Shown in pieces: positions 47,910-57,408 of a stretch of 64,000 bases of DNA. A program made the position numbers and the translations under genes. Positions within the stretch are counted from its first letter, which is position 1. Each line of letters opens with the position of its first letter. Origin of the DNA: Verrucomicrobiota bacterium (lineage in GTDB: Bacteria; Verrucomicrobiota; Verrucomicrobiia; Opitutales; Opitutaceae); contig JANYJB010000006.1 in the NCBI GenBank assembly GCA_025361935.1, positions 3,344 through 67,343 of the forward strand. The letters run 5' to 3'. Under the pieces are notes generated by a model. That model searched no databases. It was not told the origin of the DNA and saw only the letters and a program-made list of their open reading frames with translations.

Positions 47910-49256
47910 ATGAAGGTTACCGGCCTCGCCCTTGTCCCTCCTCCCTCCGCCGCCGACCTGCCCAAGGTCACTCCCGAGCTGCTCGCCTCCGTGCTGGCCC
48001 GCTACTCGCGGAGCAACGAGGGCCTCGCCGCCATCATGGCCAAGGTGGACCTCGCCAACCCCGACGCCTCCATCGACCGCATCCTGAAGTTCGTGGACTA
48101 CGGCCACGCCTCCATCGGCGGCCTCACCGGTGGCCTCGCCATCGCCCTCGACGACGTCTCGATGTGGCTCGCCTATAAAATTTTCGAGATTGCCCAGATG
48201 GCCGACGGCCAGGAGTCGTCCACCCGCTACATCACGATGGACGCGGCCAATCTCCCCGCGCCCTCCGAGATCGGCATCCCCGCCGACCTCGCGCCGCGCT
48301 GGCAGGCGCTCATGGCGAAATCCTTCGCCGCCTATCACGCCGAATATTCCCGCCTCGACGCCCTCGGCACCGCCGAGCCTCGCCGCGTGCGCGTTCCCGC
48401 CGATGCGAAGCCCGCCGTCGTCACCCGCATCCGCAAAAACTACGCGCTCGACCGTTCGCGCTACTTCATCCCGCTGGCCACGCGCACCAACCTTGGCCTC
48501 GTCCAGTCGTCGCGCATGTGGGCCGCGACGGTCAAGCAGCTCGACTCGCTCCCGCATCCCGAGGCGCGCGCCGCCGCCAAGCTCATCCGCGACGAGCTTC
48601 TCAAGATTTCCCCGCGTCTGATGCGCCACAGCTCCGCCGAAAAATCCTATCAGGAACAAGCTCAACAAGAGCTGGCCGCGTCGCTCCGTCTCGGTTTGTC
48701 GCGTCTCTCGACCGCCCCGCTGGCCGACCAGGTGTGGGTTCACGTTGACCGCGTCACGCCGCCATTTCTCGCCGAGGAGCAGCCGGTCGCCGAGGCGCTC
48801 CGCCATCGCGCCAACCGCTACGGCTACCAAGGCACCGCCACCCGCCGCATGCGTGTCAGCTTCGCCTGGAATAACATGGCGGTCGCCGAGCTGCGCGACC
48901 TCAACCGCCACCGCACCGGCCATCGCTACACGCCTTTCATCCAGGCCGGATTTTATCTCCCGCCCGAGATTTCCCACGCGTCCCATCAGGCGCTGCTCGA
49001 CGAACAGGCCGAGCTCACCCGCGAGCTCATGCGGCGCGGGTCCGAGGCGTATGTTTACTCGCTGCTGCTCGGCGCACAGACGCCTTTCGAGCACGGCACG
49101 CACGGCGACAAGTTTATCTACGAGGCCGAGCTTCGCACCGGCATGGGCTCGCACTACCGCTACGCCGAACACCTGAGCGCGGCGCTGAAGGAGTTTTTCA
49201 AACAAGTGCCCGAGGCGCGTGAATGGGTGGTCGAGGGCACCGCCGAGCCGGAGTGA
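47910..49256 (+). CDS. thyX: FAD-dependent thymidylate synthase, long two-domain form
   Basis: LARYSRS, DYGHASIG, QESSTRY, RYFIPLATRTN, RDLNRHR, ELRT..G.H..Y. Confidence 0.8.
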   Translation: MKVTGLALVPPPSAADLPKVTPELLASVLARYSRSNEGLAAIMAKVDLANPDASIDRILKFVDYGHASIGGLTGGLAIALDDVSMWLAYKIFEIAQMADGQESSTRYITMDAANLPAPSEIGIPADLAPRWQALMAKSFAAYHAEYSRLDALGTAEPRRVRVPADAKPAVVTRIRKNYALDRSRYFIPLATRTNLGLVQSSRMWAATVKQLDSLPHPEARAAAKLIRDELLKISPRLMRHSSAEKSYQEQAQQELAASLRLGLSRLSTAPLADQVWVHVDRVTPPFLAEEQPVAEALRHRANRYGYQGTATRRMRVSFAWNNMAVAELRDLNRHRTGHRYTPFIQAGFYLPPEISHASHQALLDEQAELTRELMRRGSEAYVYSLLLGAQTPFEHGTHGDKFIYEAELRTGMGSHYRYAEHLSAALKEFFKQVPEAREWVVEGTAEPE

Positions 49257-49281
49257 CGCCTCCCTCCTCGTCGTCTTTCCC

Positions 49282-49944
49282 ATGAAGTCCCTCCAAACCC
49301 TGCTCTTTGTCCTGCTCGCCGCGCTCCCGCTGGTGGCGCGCGCCGAAGATCCGACCAAGGTCACGCCCGACCAGCGGAACACGCGGCTCGCGCCCGGCAC
49401 GGACAACACCGATACCCGGCTCACGCCCGGCAACACGGACAACCAGCTCCCCTTCAAGCGCGCCGAACGCGTGCAGAACAACCGTTTCACCACGCCCGAA
49501 CTACGTGACAAGAAACTCGCTCCTGTCGGCGACCGCCGCTCGCCGATCGAGGTCAAGGAGACCCGCGACAAGACCATCATCGACCGGAAAGACTACCCCA
49601 AGCCCGAGGTTCGCGAGAACAAGATGAGCCCCCATAACACCCAGATGTTTCAGACCCAGCCGACGGGCGACGCGATCAAGAAATACGACATGGTCGGCAA
49701 GTATCAGAACCGCATGACCGACGCCGCCAACGCGGCGGCGCAGCACCAGCCCAAACTCGAAAAACGCACGACCTTCGACAAAATCAACCGCTTCGTCTTC
49801 CACCGCAACGGCCCCGGCGCCGACGGCGGCAGCCTCGTCACCAAGGCGGGCGGCGGCTCGTCCACGACGGTGTCCGGTGGGACGCAAAAGACGGCGGATG
49901 CCCCGCCGTCTCCACAACTTCAGCCGGCGGGTGGAGCGCGTTGA
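49282..49944 (+). CDS. Hypothetical exported protein
   Basis: Signal peptide MKSLQTLLFVLLAALPLVARA; short internal duplication (NTRLAPGTDN / DTRLTPGNTDN); genome-typical codons. Confidence 0.75.
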   Translation: MKSLQTLLFVLLAALPLVARAEDPTKVTPDQRNTRLAPGTDNTDTRLTPGNTDNQLPFKRAERVQNNRFTTPELRDKKLAPVGDRRSPIEVKETRDKTIIDRKDYPKPEVRENKMSPHNTQMFQTQPTGDAIKKYDMVGKYQNRMTDAANAAAQHQPKLEKRTTFDKINRFVFHRNGPGADGGSLVTKAGGGSSTTVSGGTQKTADAPPSPQLQPAGGAR

Positions 49945-50007
49945 CCCCAACGCGTTGGTTTGAAAGGCGGCTTCGCGGCAACGCGTTGAGGTCAACGCGT
50001 TCCACCC
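49929..50007. repeat. Palindromic repeat family A, copy 2
   Basis: GGGTGGAGCGCGTTGACCCCAACGCGTTG...CAACGCGTTGAGGTCAACGCGTTCCACCC; provides the TGA stop at 49942-49944. Confidence 0.9.
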
Positions 50008-50041
50008 AAGCGGAAACAGCCGCGACTTTGCTTAAAATAGC

Positions 50042-50326
50042 CTAACGCGCCCGCCTGACTTTTTCCTTTTCGTCCTCGCGCTCTTCTTCGAGCCGACTGC
50101 GTTCGCTGGCGAGCTGGGTGCGGATTTTTTCGGACTCGTCGTATTTACCCTCGGAGAGAGCCTCGTTGAGCTGCTTCTTGAGGAAGATTTCGCGCTCGGC
50201 GATCTTGCCCTTGTAGATCGCGTCGAGTTCCGCGAGCCGCGCCTTTTTTTCTGGCGTGAGTTTTTTGCCCGCATCCGGATCGGATTTGGACAGACGTTCC
50301 ATGGCCAGCTCGTAGGCGCTTTTCAT
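50042..50326 (-). CDS. Small charged helical hypothetical protein (MKSAYELAMER N-terminus)
   Basis: 94 aa, coiled-coil-like, 9 bp downstream of comEC. Confidence 0.75.
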   Translation of the reverse strand: MKSAYELAMERLSKSDPDAGKKLTPEKKARLAELDAIYKGKIAEREIFLKKQLNEALSEGKYDESEKIRTQLASERSRLEEEREDEKEKVRRAR

Positions 50327-50335
50327 GGAGGCATC

Positions 50336-51964
50336 TCAGCCGAAGCGAACCCCGAGCACAAGCGCAAGGGCCGTGAGCGCGAACGGCGTCAGGAACCCGC
50401 CGCGTTTCCATTCCCAGCGTGTCGCATAACCATAAAGCATCGCCCCGAAAACCATGACCGTTCCGGCGTAGCCCAGCCACGCCGGCGAAAACTGCGCCGG
50501 ATAATACACGCCCGGCAGCGTCACGAAAAACCGCACGCCGTGCTCGATCACCGCCAGCACGAGAATCCCCGCGTGGTTGAACACCACGCTTAACGCGCCC
50601 AGTCCGGCGAGTCCGCAGAGCAGCGACAGAAAGCCCGCCAGCACCACGAGCACACTCGTGGGAATGAGCACCAGATTGGCCGCGAGCGAGCCGGGCGTGA
50701 ACAGCCGGAAGATCGCGACGCCGAGCAAGGCGCTGAAGAGGGTGGACGCGATGCCGATGGACAGCATGCCGATGAGTCCGCGCCAGGCTTTGTCTCGCAG
50801 GTGCTGGTGCCAGCGCCATGCGGCTTTCGGCAAATCGGCAAACAGGGGCCACCGTGCGCTCCACGCCTCGCCGAGAGGCAGTCCGAGCAGCAGCAACGCC
50901 GCGACGATGCCGTAGCTCAGTTGGAAACTCGCGCTGAAGAGCTGCATCGGCGCGAACACCAACACGACGACGGCCGATGCCACGAGGGCGGCGACCGGGC
51001 TGCCCGGCACCCGCAGCGTGCGCGAGGCGTAGAGAAACATGATCATGATCCACGACCGCACCGCCGAGGGCGTGCCGCCCGTGATGTCCACGTAGAGCCA
51101 CAGCAGCGCGCCGCCCACCGCGAGTTGCGCCCAGCGCGGCAGGCGGATCAACACGAGCACACCATAGATCACGCCGGCGATGGTCGCGATGTGCAGTCCG
51201 CTGATGGAGAACAGATGCATCGTGCCGCTTTGCATGAAAATCTGGTGCTGCTCCTCGCTCAACTCCTGCTGCTGCCCGAGCAACATCGCACGGTAAACCG
51301 CACTGTAGTTGGGATGTTTTTCTATCCCGCGATCAAGCACCCGGTCGAAACGTCGGAGGGCCGAGTCGCAAAACCGGTTGTAGGCCGTGGCCGCGCCCGG
51401 GGTGGCCAAAATCTTTCCGCGCGTGAGGCGGAAGTTGATGCCCGCGTTGGCGAGATAGCCGTCGAACGTGTCGGCCGGTGGGTCGCGCGGGAGGGTTTGC
51501 AGCACGCCGACCAAGACCAGCTCGCTTGAACGAATCGGCGGTGCCGCGCCGCGCTTGAGGTTCACCGAAAAATACACGGCCTGCCCGGCCAGCTCGGGCA
51601 GCAGCGCGTCGGACGAGACGATGTGGCCGAGGCCGCTCGCGCTTTTCCCGTCGGGACGCGGCGCGAACATCCGGTCCACGCGCACGGTGGCCTGCGTTTC
51701 GCGGGGCGGCAGCGCATTCCAGTCGGGCAGACGGGCGCGTTGGATTTCGTAGAGTGCGGCGCCGCTCAGCAGCACGCCGAGCACGAGACAAGGCGCCCAC
51801 GCCTTCCGAAAACCCAGCGAGACGGCGATCAAGACAACGCCCGCTCCAGCGCACCAAGTGGGTGCGAGCGGCAGCCAGTCGAGTTTCCCCAAGATCAGTC
51901 CGGCCATCAACGGCAGCAGCACCCAGAGGAGGGGCGCGCGGTGTCCGAGGCTTCGGCTGGTCAT
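50336..51964 (-). CDS. comEC: ComEC/Rec2 competence membrane protein (no C-terminal metallo-beta-lactamase domain)
   Basis: AMLLG, SGTMHLFSISGLH, PSAVRS, SFQLSY, ANLVLIP. Confidence 0.9.
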   Translation of the reverse strand: MTSRSLGHRAPLLWVLLPLMAGLILGKLDWLPLAPTWCAGAGVVLIAVSLGFRKAWAPCLVLGVLLSGAALYEIQRARLPDWNALPPRETQATVRVDRMFAPRPDGKSASGLGHIVSSDALLPELAGQAVYFSVNLKRGAAPPIRSSELVLVGVLQTLPRDPPADTFDGYLANAGINFRLTRGKILATPGAATAYNRFCDSALRRFDRVLDRGIEKHPNYSAVYRAMLLGQQQELSEEQHQIFMQSGTMHLFSISGLHIATIAGVIYGVLVLIRLPRWAQLAVGGALLWLYVDITGGTPSAVRSWIMIMFLYASRTLRVPGSPVAALVASAVVVLVFAPMQLFSASFQLSYGIVAALLLLGLPLGEAWSARWPLFADLPKAAWRWHQHLRDKAWRGLIGMLSIGIASTLFSALLGVAIFRLFTPGSLAANLVLIPTSVLVVLAGFLSLLCGLAGLGALSVVFNHAGILVLAVIEHGVRFFVTLPGVYYPAQFSPAWLGYAGTVMVFGAMLYGYATRWEWKRGGFLTPFALTALALVLGVRFG

Positions 51965-52046
51965 GCCGCCATTTGGAACGACTAATCGCCGCGACTGAAC
52001 ACTAATTTATGAAAGAGTTTTCAATGGTCCGCTTTCGTGCCCATGA

Positions 52047-53411
52047 ATGACCCAGCAAATGCCGCCGCCCGACCAATCCGATCTCTTTGGCGAACCCGCC
52101 GCCCCCGCTCCCACGCAGCGTAGTCGTCCGGCGACGCAGCCACTGGCGGCGCGGATGCGTCCCCGGGTGCTGGCGGATATCGTCGGACAGGAGCACCTCA
52201 CGCAGGCCGATGGGTTGCTCACGCGGCTCATCAAGAGCAACCGTTTCGGCAGCCTGATTTTCTACGGGCCGCCCGGTTGCGGGAAGACGAGCTTCGCCGA
52301 GGTCATCGCGCACGAGACCCAGAGCCGCTTCGTTCGCGTCAACGCCGTCATGTCCAACGTGGCCGAGCTGCGCGACATCCTGGCGACCGCGCGTAAGTCT
52401 TCCGATACGCCCACGCTGCTCTTCATCGACGAGCTGCACCGTTTCAACAAGTCGCAGCAGGACCTGCTCCTGCCCGACGTGGAGGAGGGCTACGTGCGGC
52501 TCATCGGCGCGACCACGCACAACCCCGGTTTTTACGTTAATCCGCCGCTGCTCTCGCGCAGCCATCTCTTCCGCCTGCAACCGCTCGCCACCGAGGCGGT
52601 CGCCGGCGTGCTCGCGCGGGCGCTGGCCGATGTGGAACGCGGCCTCGGCGCCCGCCGCTGCACCGCCGCCGCTAAGGTGCTCGCCGATCTCGCCGTGCTC
52701 TGCGACGGCGATTTGCGCCGCGCCCTCAACGCCCTTGAGGTCATTGCGCTGTCGCTGCCCGAAGCCGCCGCGATCACGGAAAAGGAAATCGAGGTCTTCG
52801 CCCGCGAGCGGCGCATCCGCTACGACGCCGACGAGGATGAGCACTACGACACCATCTCCGCTTTCATCAAAAGCTGCCGTGGAAGCGACCCCGATGCGGC
52901 GATGTATTGGCTGGCGAAGATGCTCGCCGGTGGGGAAGACCCGCGCTTCATCGCGCGTCGCCTCGTCATCCTCGCGAGCGAGGACGTGGGACTGGCTGAT
53001 CCGCTCGCGCTGCCGCTGGCGGTGGCGGCACACCACGCGTGCGATTTCATCGGGTTGCCCGAGGCGGAGCTCACGCTGGCGCACGCGACGCTGCACATCG
53101 CCTGCGCACCGAAGAGCAACTCCGCCACGCTGGCGCTGGCGGCGGCGCATCACGCGTTGAAGACGCAGCCGGTGCAGCCCGTGCCGCTTCCGCTGCGCGA
53201 CAAAAGCGGTGCGGCGAGCAAGCAGGCCGGCCACGGCAAGGGCTACCGTTACTCGCACGATTATCCGGAAAACATCTCCGGGCAGGACTACCTCGAAAAA
53301 CCGCTCTCGCTCTACACGCCGAAAAACGCCGGGCTGGAGATGCGCATCGTCGAGCGTCTGGCGCGGTGGCGGGACTTGAAGACGCAGATCAAGGCCCGGC
53401 CCGGGGCGTGA
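52047..53411 (+). CDS. rarA: Replication-associated recombination protein A (RarA/MgsA)
   Basis: PLAARMRP, GPPGCGKT, FIDELHRFNKSQQD, HYDTISAFIKS.RGSDPDAA. Confidence 0.96.
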   Translation: MTQQMPPPDQSDLFGEPAAPAPTQRSRPATQPLAARMRPRVLADIVGQEHLTQADGLLTRLIKSNRFGSLIFYGPPGCGKTSFAEVIAHETQSRFVRVNAVMSNVAELRDILATARKSSDTPTLLFIDELHRFNKSQQDLLLPDVEEGYVRLIGATTHNPGFYVNPPLLSRSHLFRLQPLATEAVAGVLARALADVERGLGARRCTAAAKVLADLAVLCDGDLRRALNALEVIALSLPEAAAITEKEIEVFARERRIRYDADEDEHYDTISAFIKSCRGSDPDAAMYWLAKMLAGGEDPRFIARRLVILASEDVGLADPLALPLAVAAHHACDFIGLPEAELTLAHATLHIACAPKSNSATLALAAAHHALKTQPVQPVPLPLRDKSGAASKQAGHGKGYRYSHDYPENISGQDYLEKPLSLYTPKNAGLEMRIVERLARWRDLKTQIKARPGA

Positions 53412-53481
53412 TCGCGGGGTTCACGCATTCTTTACCCAAGGAAACTTGCGGCGGCGGTGCGCACGCGCCAAGGTTGCGCTT

Positions 53482-53994
53482 ATGAAAATCAACGCCGCCG
53501 TGATGAAGTCCCTGTTGATGGCCGCTTCCATCGGGATGGTTGTGCCGCTCGTCGTCGTGGCGCAGACCCCGCCGCCCAAGCCCAAGCCGGTCGCGCCCAA
53601 GAAGGAAAAAACCGAGCCGCCCGCCAAGATCGACGGCATCACCATCGCCCGTGCCGATGGCCGTTTTCTCGGGCTCACCGTCAGCGGGGTGCAGTTCAAC
53701 CTGCGCTTCTACGATGCCAAAAAGAAGCCCGAGAAACCCGATGCGGCCACGGCGGCGGCGCGGTGGACTCCCGTCAACGTCAAGACCACCCAGCGGGTGA
53801 TTCTCAATCCTTCGCCCGACGGCAAGGTGCTCGTTTCGCCGGGTCTGGTGAAGCCTCCGCTCACGTTCCAAGTTTTCTTCACGCTGTTCACGGCGGACGG
53901 GCAGACGATGGACATCTTCTCGGTCGATTTGAAAGACCTTGCGGATGATGAGGCGCCTGCCGAGCCGCCGCAAAAGCCGATCAAGGGTTATTGA
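53482..53994 (+). CDS. Hypothetical exported protein
   Basis: Signal-peptide-like N-terminus, Pro/Lys linker, small beta-rich domain; exact start uncertain. Confidence 0.7.
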   Translation: MKINAAVMKSLLMAASIGMVVPLVVVAQTPPPKPKPVAPKKEKTEPPAKIDGITIARADGRFLGLTVSGVQFNLRFYDAKKKPEKPDAATAAARWTPVNVKTTQRVILNPSPDGKVLVSPGLVKPPLTFQVFFTLFTADGQTMDIFSVDLKDLADDEAPAEPPQKPIKGY

Positions 53995-54025
53995 GCAACC
54001 CGCCCGGGCGGCGGATGCCCTGCGG

Positions 54026-54129
54026 GGTGGAACGCGTTGACCGCTGTTGGTTCGACGGAGCGCTGCGGACAACGCGTTGCTTTCGGGAGGCGAAGTTCGG
54101 AGAACGCGTTGAGGTCAACACGTTCCACC
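54026..54129. repeat. Palindromic repeat family A, copy 3 (interrupted left arm)
   Basis: GGTGGAACGCGTTGACC[~27 nt]CAACGCGTT...AACGCGTTGAGGTCAACACGTTCCACC between convergent genes. Confidence 0.85.
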
Positions 54130-54142
54130 TGTCTGGAACGCC

Positions 54143-55018
54143 TCAGATGCGCTGCATCACCACGGCGACGGAGAGTTTTTTGGTGTGAGTGCCCTTGAAC
54201 ACGCCGCGAGTGGGCGTGCTGTCGTGGTAATCGCGACCGACGGCGATTTTCACGTGGCGTTCTCCGGCGACGCAGTCGTTGGTGGGATCGAGCGGCCACC
54301 AAAAGCCGCCGGGCAGGCAGGCCTCGATCCAAGCGTGGCTTTCGCTCGCACCGATGAGGGTGGTCGCACGCTTGGTTTCCGACGCCTTGCGCTGGGTCTC
54401 CGTCTCGATGTAGCCGGTGACGTAGCGGGCGGGGATTTCCGCCGAGCGGAGCACGGCGATCATCACTTGGGCAAAATCCTGGCACACGCCGGTGCGCTGC
54501 TTGAGGGCGGTGGTGACGGGCGTGTTGATGTCGGTGGTTCCCGGCGCGTAGCGGAAACTGGTCTTGATCCACTTGTTCAGCCGCAACAGCGCCTCGCCGA
54601 GCATGTCGCCGGGCTTGAAGTGCTGGTTGGCGAGGGCGTTGACCTCGGGGCCGATGGGGATCGCCTCGGAGGGCATGAGGAACTCGAAGAGCTTGAGGCG
54701 TTCGCTGCGGTAAAGTTGGCGCGCCTCGGATATGCTGATGTCGAGCGCGGCCTGGGGCGGCTCGTAGGGAAGGGTTTCGACCTCGGAGTGGCTTTCCAGC
54801 ACGAGCTCCTGGTGGCGCTTGACGATGGAGAAGGTTTCCACGCTGTTGCCGAAGTAGTCGGTGTAGGCGTGGATGTTCGCCGCCGGGGTGGTGTCGAGGC
54901 GGCGGGAGAGCAACTGCTGGCGCTGGTCGTTGGCCGGGGTGAGGCGCGCCTCCATGAAGGATTCCGAGACGGCGCCGGCATAGCTGTAGAGGGTGCGGTG
55001 GGTGATACGGAAACGCAT
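54143..55018 (-). CDS. Transglutaminase-like protein with Bact_transglu_N domain
   Basis: RITHRTLYSY, DYFGN, GVCQDFA, ARYVTGY, SHAW, DPTN, GRDY.D (Cys-His-Asp triad). Confidence 0.92.
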   Translation of the reverse strand: MRFRITHRTLYSYAGAVSESFMEARLTPANDQRQQLLSRRLDTTPAANIHAYTDYFGNSVETFSIVKRHQELVLESHSEVETLPYEPPQAALDISISEARQLYRSERLKLFEFLMPSEAIPIGPEVNALANQHFKPGDMLGEALLRLNKWIKTSFRYAPGTTDINTPVTTALKQRTGVCQDFAQVMIAVLRSAEIPARYVTGYIETETQRKASETKRATTLIGASESHAWIEACLPGGFWWPLDPTNDCVAGERHVKIAVGRDYHDSTPTRGVFKGTHTKKLSVAVVMQRI

Positions 55019-55098
55019 GCGCTTGCGCCGACATTCGCTAGTCCCGTGCCAACGACAAGCTTTTGGCGCGGGGGTTTTCGCCGGTTTAGTGGTGGTGT

Positions 55099-56436
55099 TT
55101 ACGGCACCAGCGAGCCTGCCAGGAGGACGGCCGCGAGTTGAAAGACGGGAGTGGGCGCGGTGGCGGGGGCTTTGTAGGTGAGCCCGTCTTTCTTGAGGAT
55201 GGCGGCGTGGTCGGGGAGATTGGCCAGGAACTCGATTTTCACGCGATGTTTTCCGCGCGGCAGATCGTCCGGATAAAACCAGGCCTTGTGGCTGACCCTG
55301 CCTGCGTAGGAGTAGGAGTCGAAGAACGTGGCGGTTTGCGGGGGGCGGTTATCGATGGTGATGCGAAACAGGCCGGCGGACGGGCCGCGAAAACCAGATA
55401 GGCCGAAGCCGACGCCATCGAAGGAAAATTCCAGCGTGTCGCCCGGCGCCGAGGCGGCCCAGACGCCGGAGAAATACTGGCTGATACGCTGGCTTTTTTC
55501 GGTGCCGTCGGGCGGCTCGATTTTTTGCCAGCCGGCGCTGCGGGTGATGCCTGGTGTGTCGATGGCGACCATGCTGGCGTTTTCCCAGTTGTCGGCGTCG
55601 AGCGGGGCGGGAAGGGCGTGCGGGCCGGGGCGACCGGCGGTCTTGAGCGCGGGCACGGAGCGCACGATGGCATCGAGGTAGAGCTGGTGGCCGGTATCGA
55701 AAAGCGGGTGGGTGCCGTCGGCGCTGAATACCTTGGGGGCCGTGGCGGGGGCGTCCTTGGCCGGGGCGGCGCCCTTCATGACGAGCTTGCCGTCGAGGAT
55801 GAGGCGCATGACCTCGGGTTCGAAGTCGATGGTGGGGACGCCGTAGTGGTCGGCGACGGTTTTCATGTTGGTGACCACCTGCGGGGAGCGGTTTTGTTTC
55901 AGTTCCCCCGTCATGCCGCTGGAGATCGTAAACACCAGGCATACGTCGGTGGCGGGGTCGTGGCGGCGAATCTGGCGGATGATGCCCTCGACGGAGCGGA
56001 TGGCACGCCGGGTGGTGGCGCCGGCGCCGTTGACCGCGAACTCGATGAACACGAGGTCGGGCGAGTGGCTCAGGACGTGGTTTTGCAGGCGGCACGCGCC
56101 GAACTCCGCGCCGGTGCCGGAGATGGTGGCGCGAATCTGGCTGACCTTGGCCTGCGGGTATTGTTTGGCGAACCAATCACGGGAGAGGTCGCGCCAGCCC
56201 CAAGCCTCGGTGATGCTGCCGCCGAGGTAGGCGATGCGCACGGGGCCGCCGGCTTCGAGTTTGGCGAAGAAGTTGGGCAAGCCCGAGCGCGGCTGGCATT
56301 CGGGTATGGTGATGGATGCGGAGGCGGTTGTGTCCTGCGCTGCGCGGGCAACAGCGCCGGCGCCGAGTATGGCAGTGAAAAACGCGAGGCAGAGCAGGTG
56401 ACCAAGACGGGGGTGGGAGCGGGGGTAGGCGGACAT
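55099..56436 (-). CDS. Exported SGNH/GDSL hydrolase
   Basis: Signal peptide; YLGGSIT, PDLVFIEFAVN, DGTHP. Confidence 0.88.
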   Translation of the reverse strand: MSAYPRSHPRLGHLLCLAFFTAILGAGAVARAAQDTTASASITIPECQPRSGLPNFFAKLEAGGPVRIAYLGGSITEAWGWRDLSRDWFAKQYPQAKVSQIRATISGTGAEFGACRLQNHVLSHSPDLVFIEFAVNGAGATTRRAIRSVEGIIRQIRRHDPATDVCLVFTISSGMTGELKQNRSPQVVTNMKTVADHYGVPTIDFEPEVMRLILDGKLVMKGAAPAKDAPATAPKVFSADGTHPLFDTGHQLYLDAIVRSVPALKTAGRPGPHALPAPLDADNWENASMVAIDTPGITRSAGWQKIEPPDGTEKSQRISQYFSGVWAASAPGDTLEFSFDGVGFGLSGFRGPSAGLFRITIDNRPPQTATFFDSYSYAGRVSHKAWFYPDDLPRGKHRVKIEFLANLPDHAAILKKDGLTYKAPATAPTPVFQLAAVLLAGSLVP

Positions 56437-56586
56437 GGGGTTTGTTGGGGAAAAATCTAGGTTCGGATCATCCTTAGCTTGGGATTCAGCGGTGATTAGG
56501 TGTCTTGAAATTGATGAGACTCACCCGGCCCCCTTCGGATCGACCGTCTTTGGCTTACAAGACCCCTTTGGCTTAGATTGTTAGGC

Positions 56587-57075
56587 TCATTTTATCTCTT
56601 TCTGAATGGTCTTAATGAATTTCCTCCATGCTCCTTTCGAGTCTAGAAAGAACGCATTCTTCTCTCCGAAAATATCAATGGCCAAAGCACGATATGGCTT
56701 ATAGGCTTCATGAGCCGTCAAATAAATATATCGCTTTTCCGAGGACTCCACTGCCTTCCGATAGATACGGTATTTTTCCGCGTCGGGCGCACCAAAAAAA
56801 CCGCCGCCCTTGATTTCAATCGCTACGGAACCGATGACCAAATCGAGCTTCGCTCTACCATGCAGGCTCATCTGCTCACCAATCTCGACTCCTTCCAATT
56901 CGTCCTTCAGCTCATCTTCGATACACGAACGAACGGTCTGCTCATAAACCCATCCGCTGAGACCTTTCACCGCCGGAGCACGCCCGCGAGCCACCGAAAC
57001 GCCAGCAAGACGCTTGTGTGCGTCGGCGAGCGCCGCTTCGTATAACGACTCGATATCCGATTCCGTGTATTTCAT
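56587..57075 (-). CDS. Cassette-borne hypothetical protein, possible PD-(D/E)XK nuclease
   Basis: G..YE helix and LDLVIGSVAIEIK motif; AT-richer; bracketed by GTTAGGC and GCCTAAC. Confidence 0.6.
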   Translation of the reverse strand: MKYTESDIESLYEAALADAHKRLAGVSVARGRAPAVKGLSGWVYEQTVRSCIEDELKDELEGVEIGEQMSLHGRAKLDLVIGSVAIEIKGGGFFGAPDAEKYRIYRKAVESSEKRYIYLTAHEAYKPYRALAIDIFGEKNAFFLDSKGAWRKFIKTIQKEIK

Positions 57076-57085
57076 ATTTGTTTCT

Positions 57086-57156
57086 GCCTAACGTTTGAGA
57101 CGGATGTCCTCAGAGCTAAGGTCAGGAGCGATCATGGTTGTGGCGACTGTTTCGGC
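57086..57156 (-). mobile_element. Degenerate integron attC-like site
   Basis: Minus strand GCCGAAAC-agtcgccac...gtctcaaac-GTTAGGC, 71 bp, between the stop of one ORF and the start of the next. Confidence 0.65.
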
Positions 57157-57159
57157 GTT

Positions 57160-57408
57160 TTATTTTTTATCGGTCTCTGTGCTGAAAAACTTTTCGAGCA
57201 CATTCCAATCTCTAGTAATATACTTTCCTTTCTTGCTAGAGCGCCACCGCAGACCGCCGACGCTTACGATGAGTGTGCCTACCTTCTTATCCTTCTGCTT
57301 CCACTTCTCCCATATCTCAAATTTCATTCCAGGCTTACCGATTGGGATTTCTTCTTTTACGCGAACTGAAACCCATTTGGTTGGGCGACCTTGAATGCGA
57401 CCTTTCAT
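57160..57408 (-). CDS. Cassette-borne small basic hypothetical protein, 82 aa
   Basis: AT-rich ORF preceded by GCTCGGC and followed by GCCGAAAC. Confidence 0.65.
   Translation of the reverse strand: MKGRIQGRPTKWVSVRVKEEIPIGKPGMKFEIWEKWKQKDKKVGTLIVSVGGLRWRSSKKGKYITRDWNVLEKFFSTETDKK

Noticed and set aside
46878-49580. Apparent 900-aa fusion ending in a phosphodiesterase
   Set aside because: The N-terminal ~600 aa is antisense to thyX; the real gene starts at 47792 with a signal peptide.
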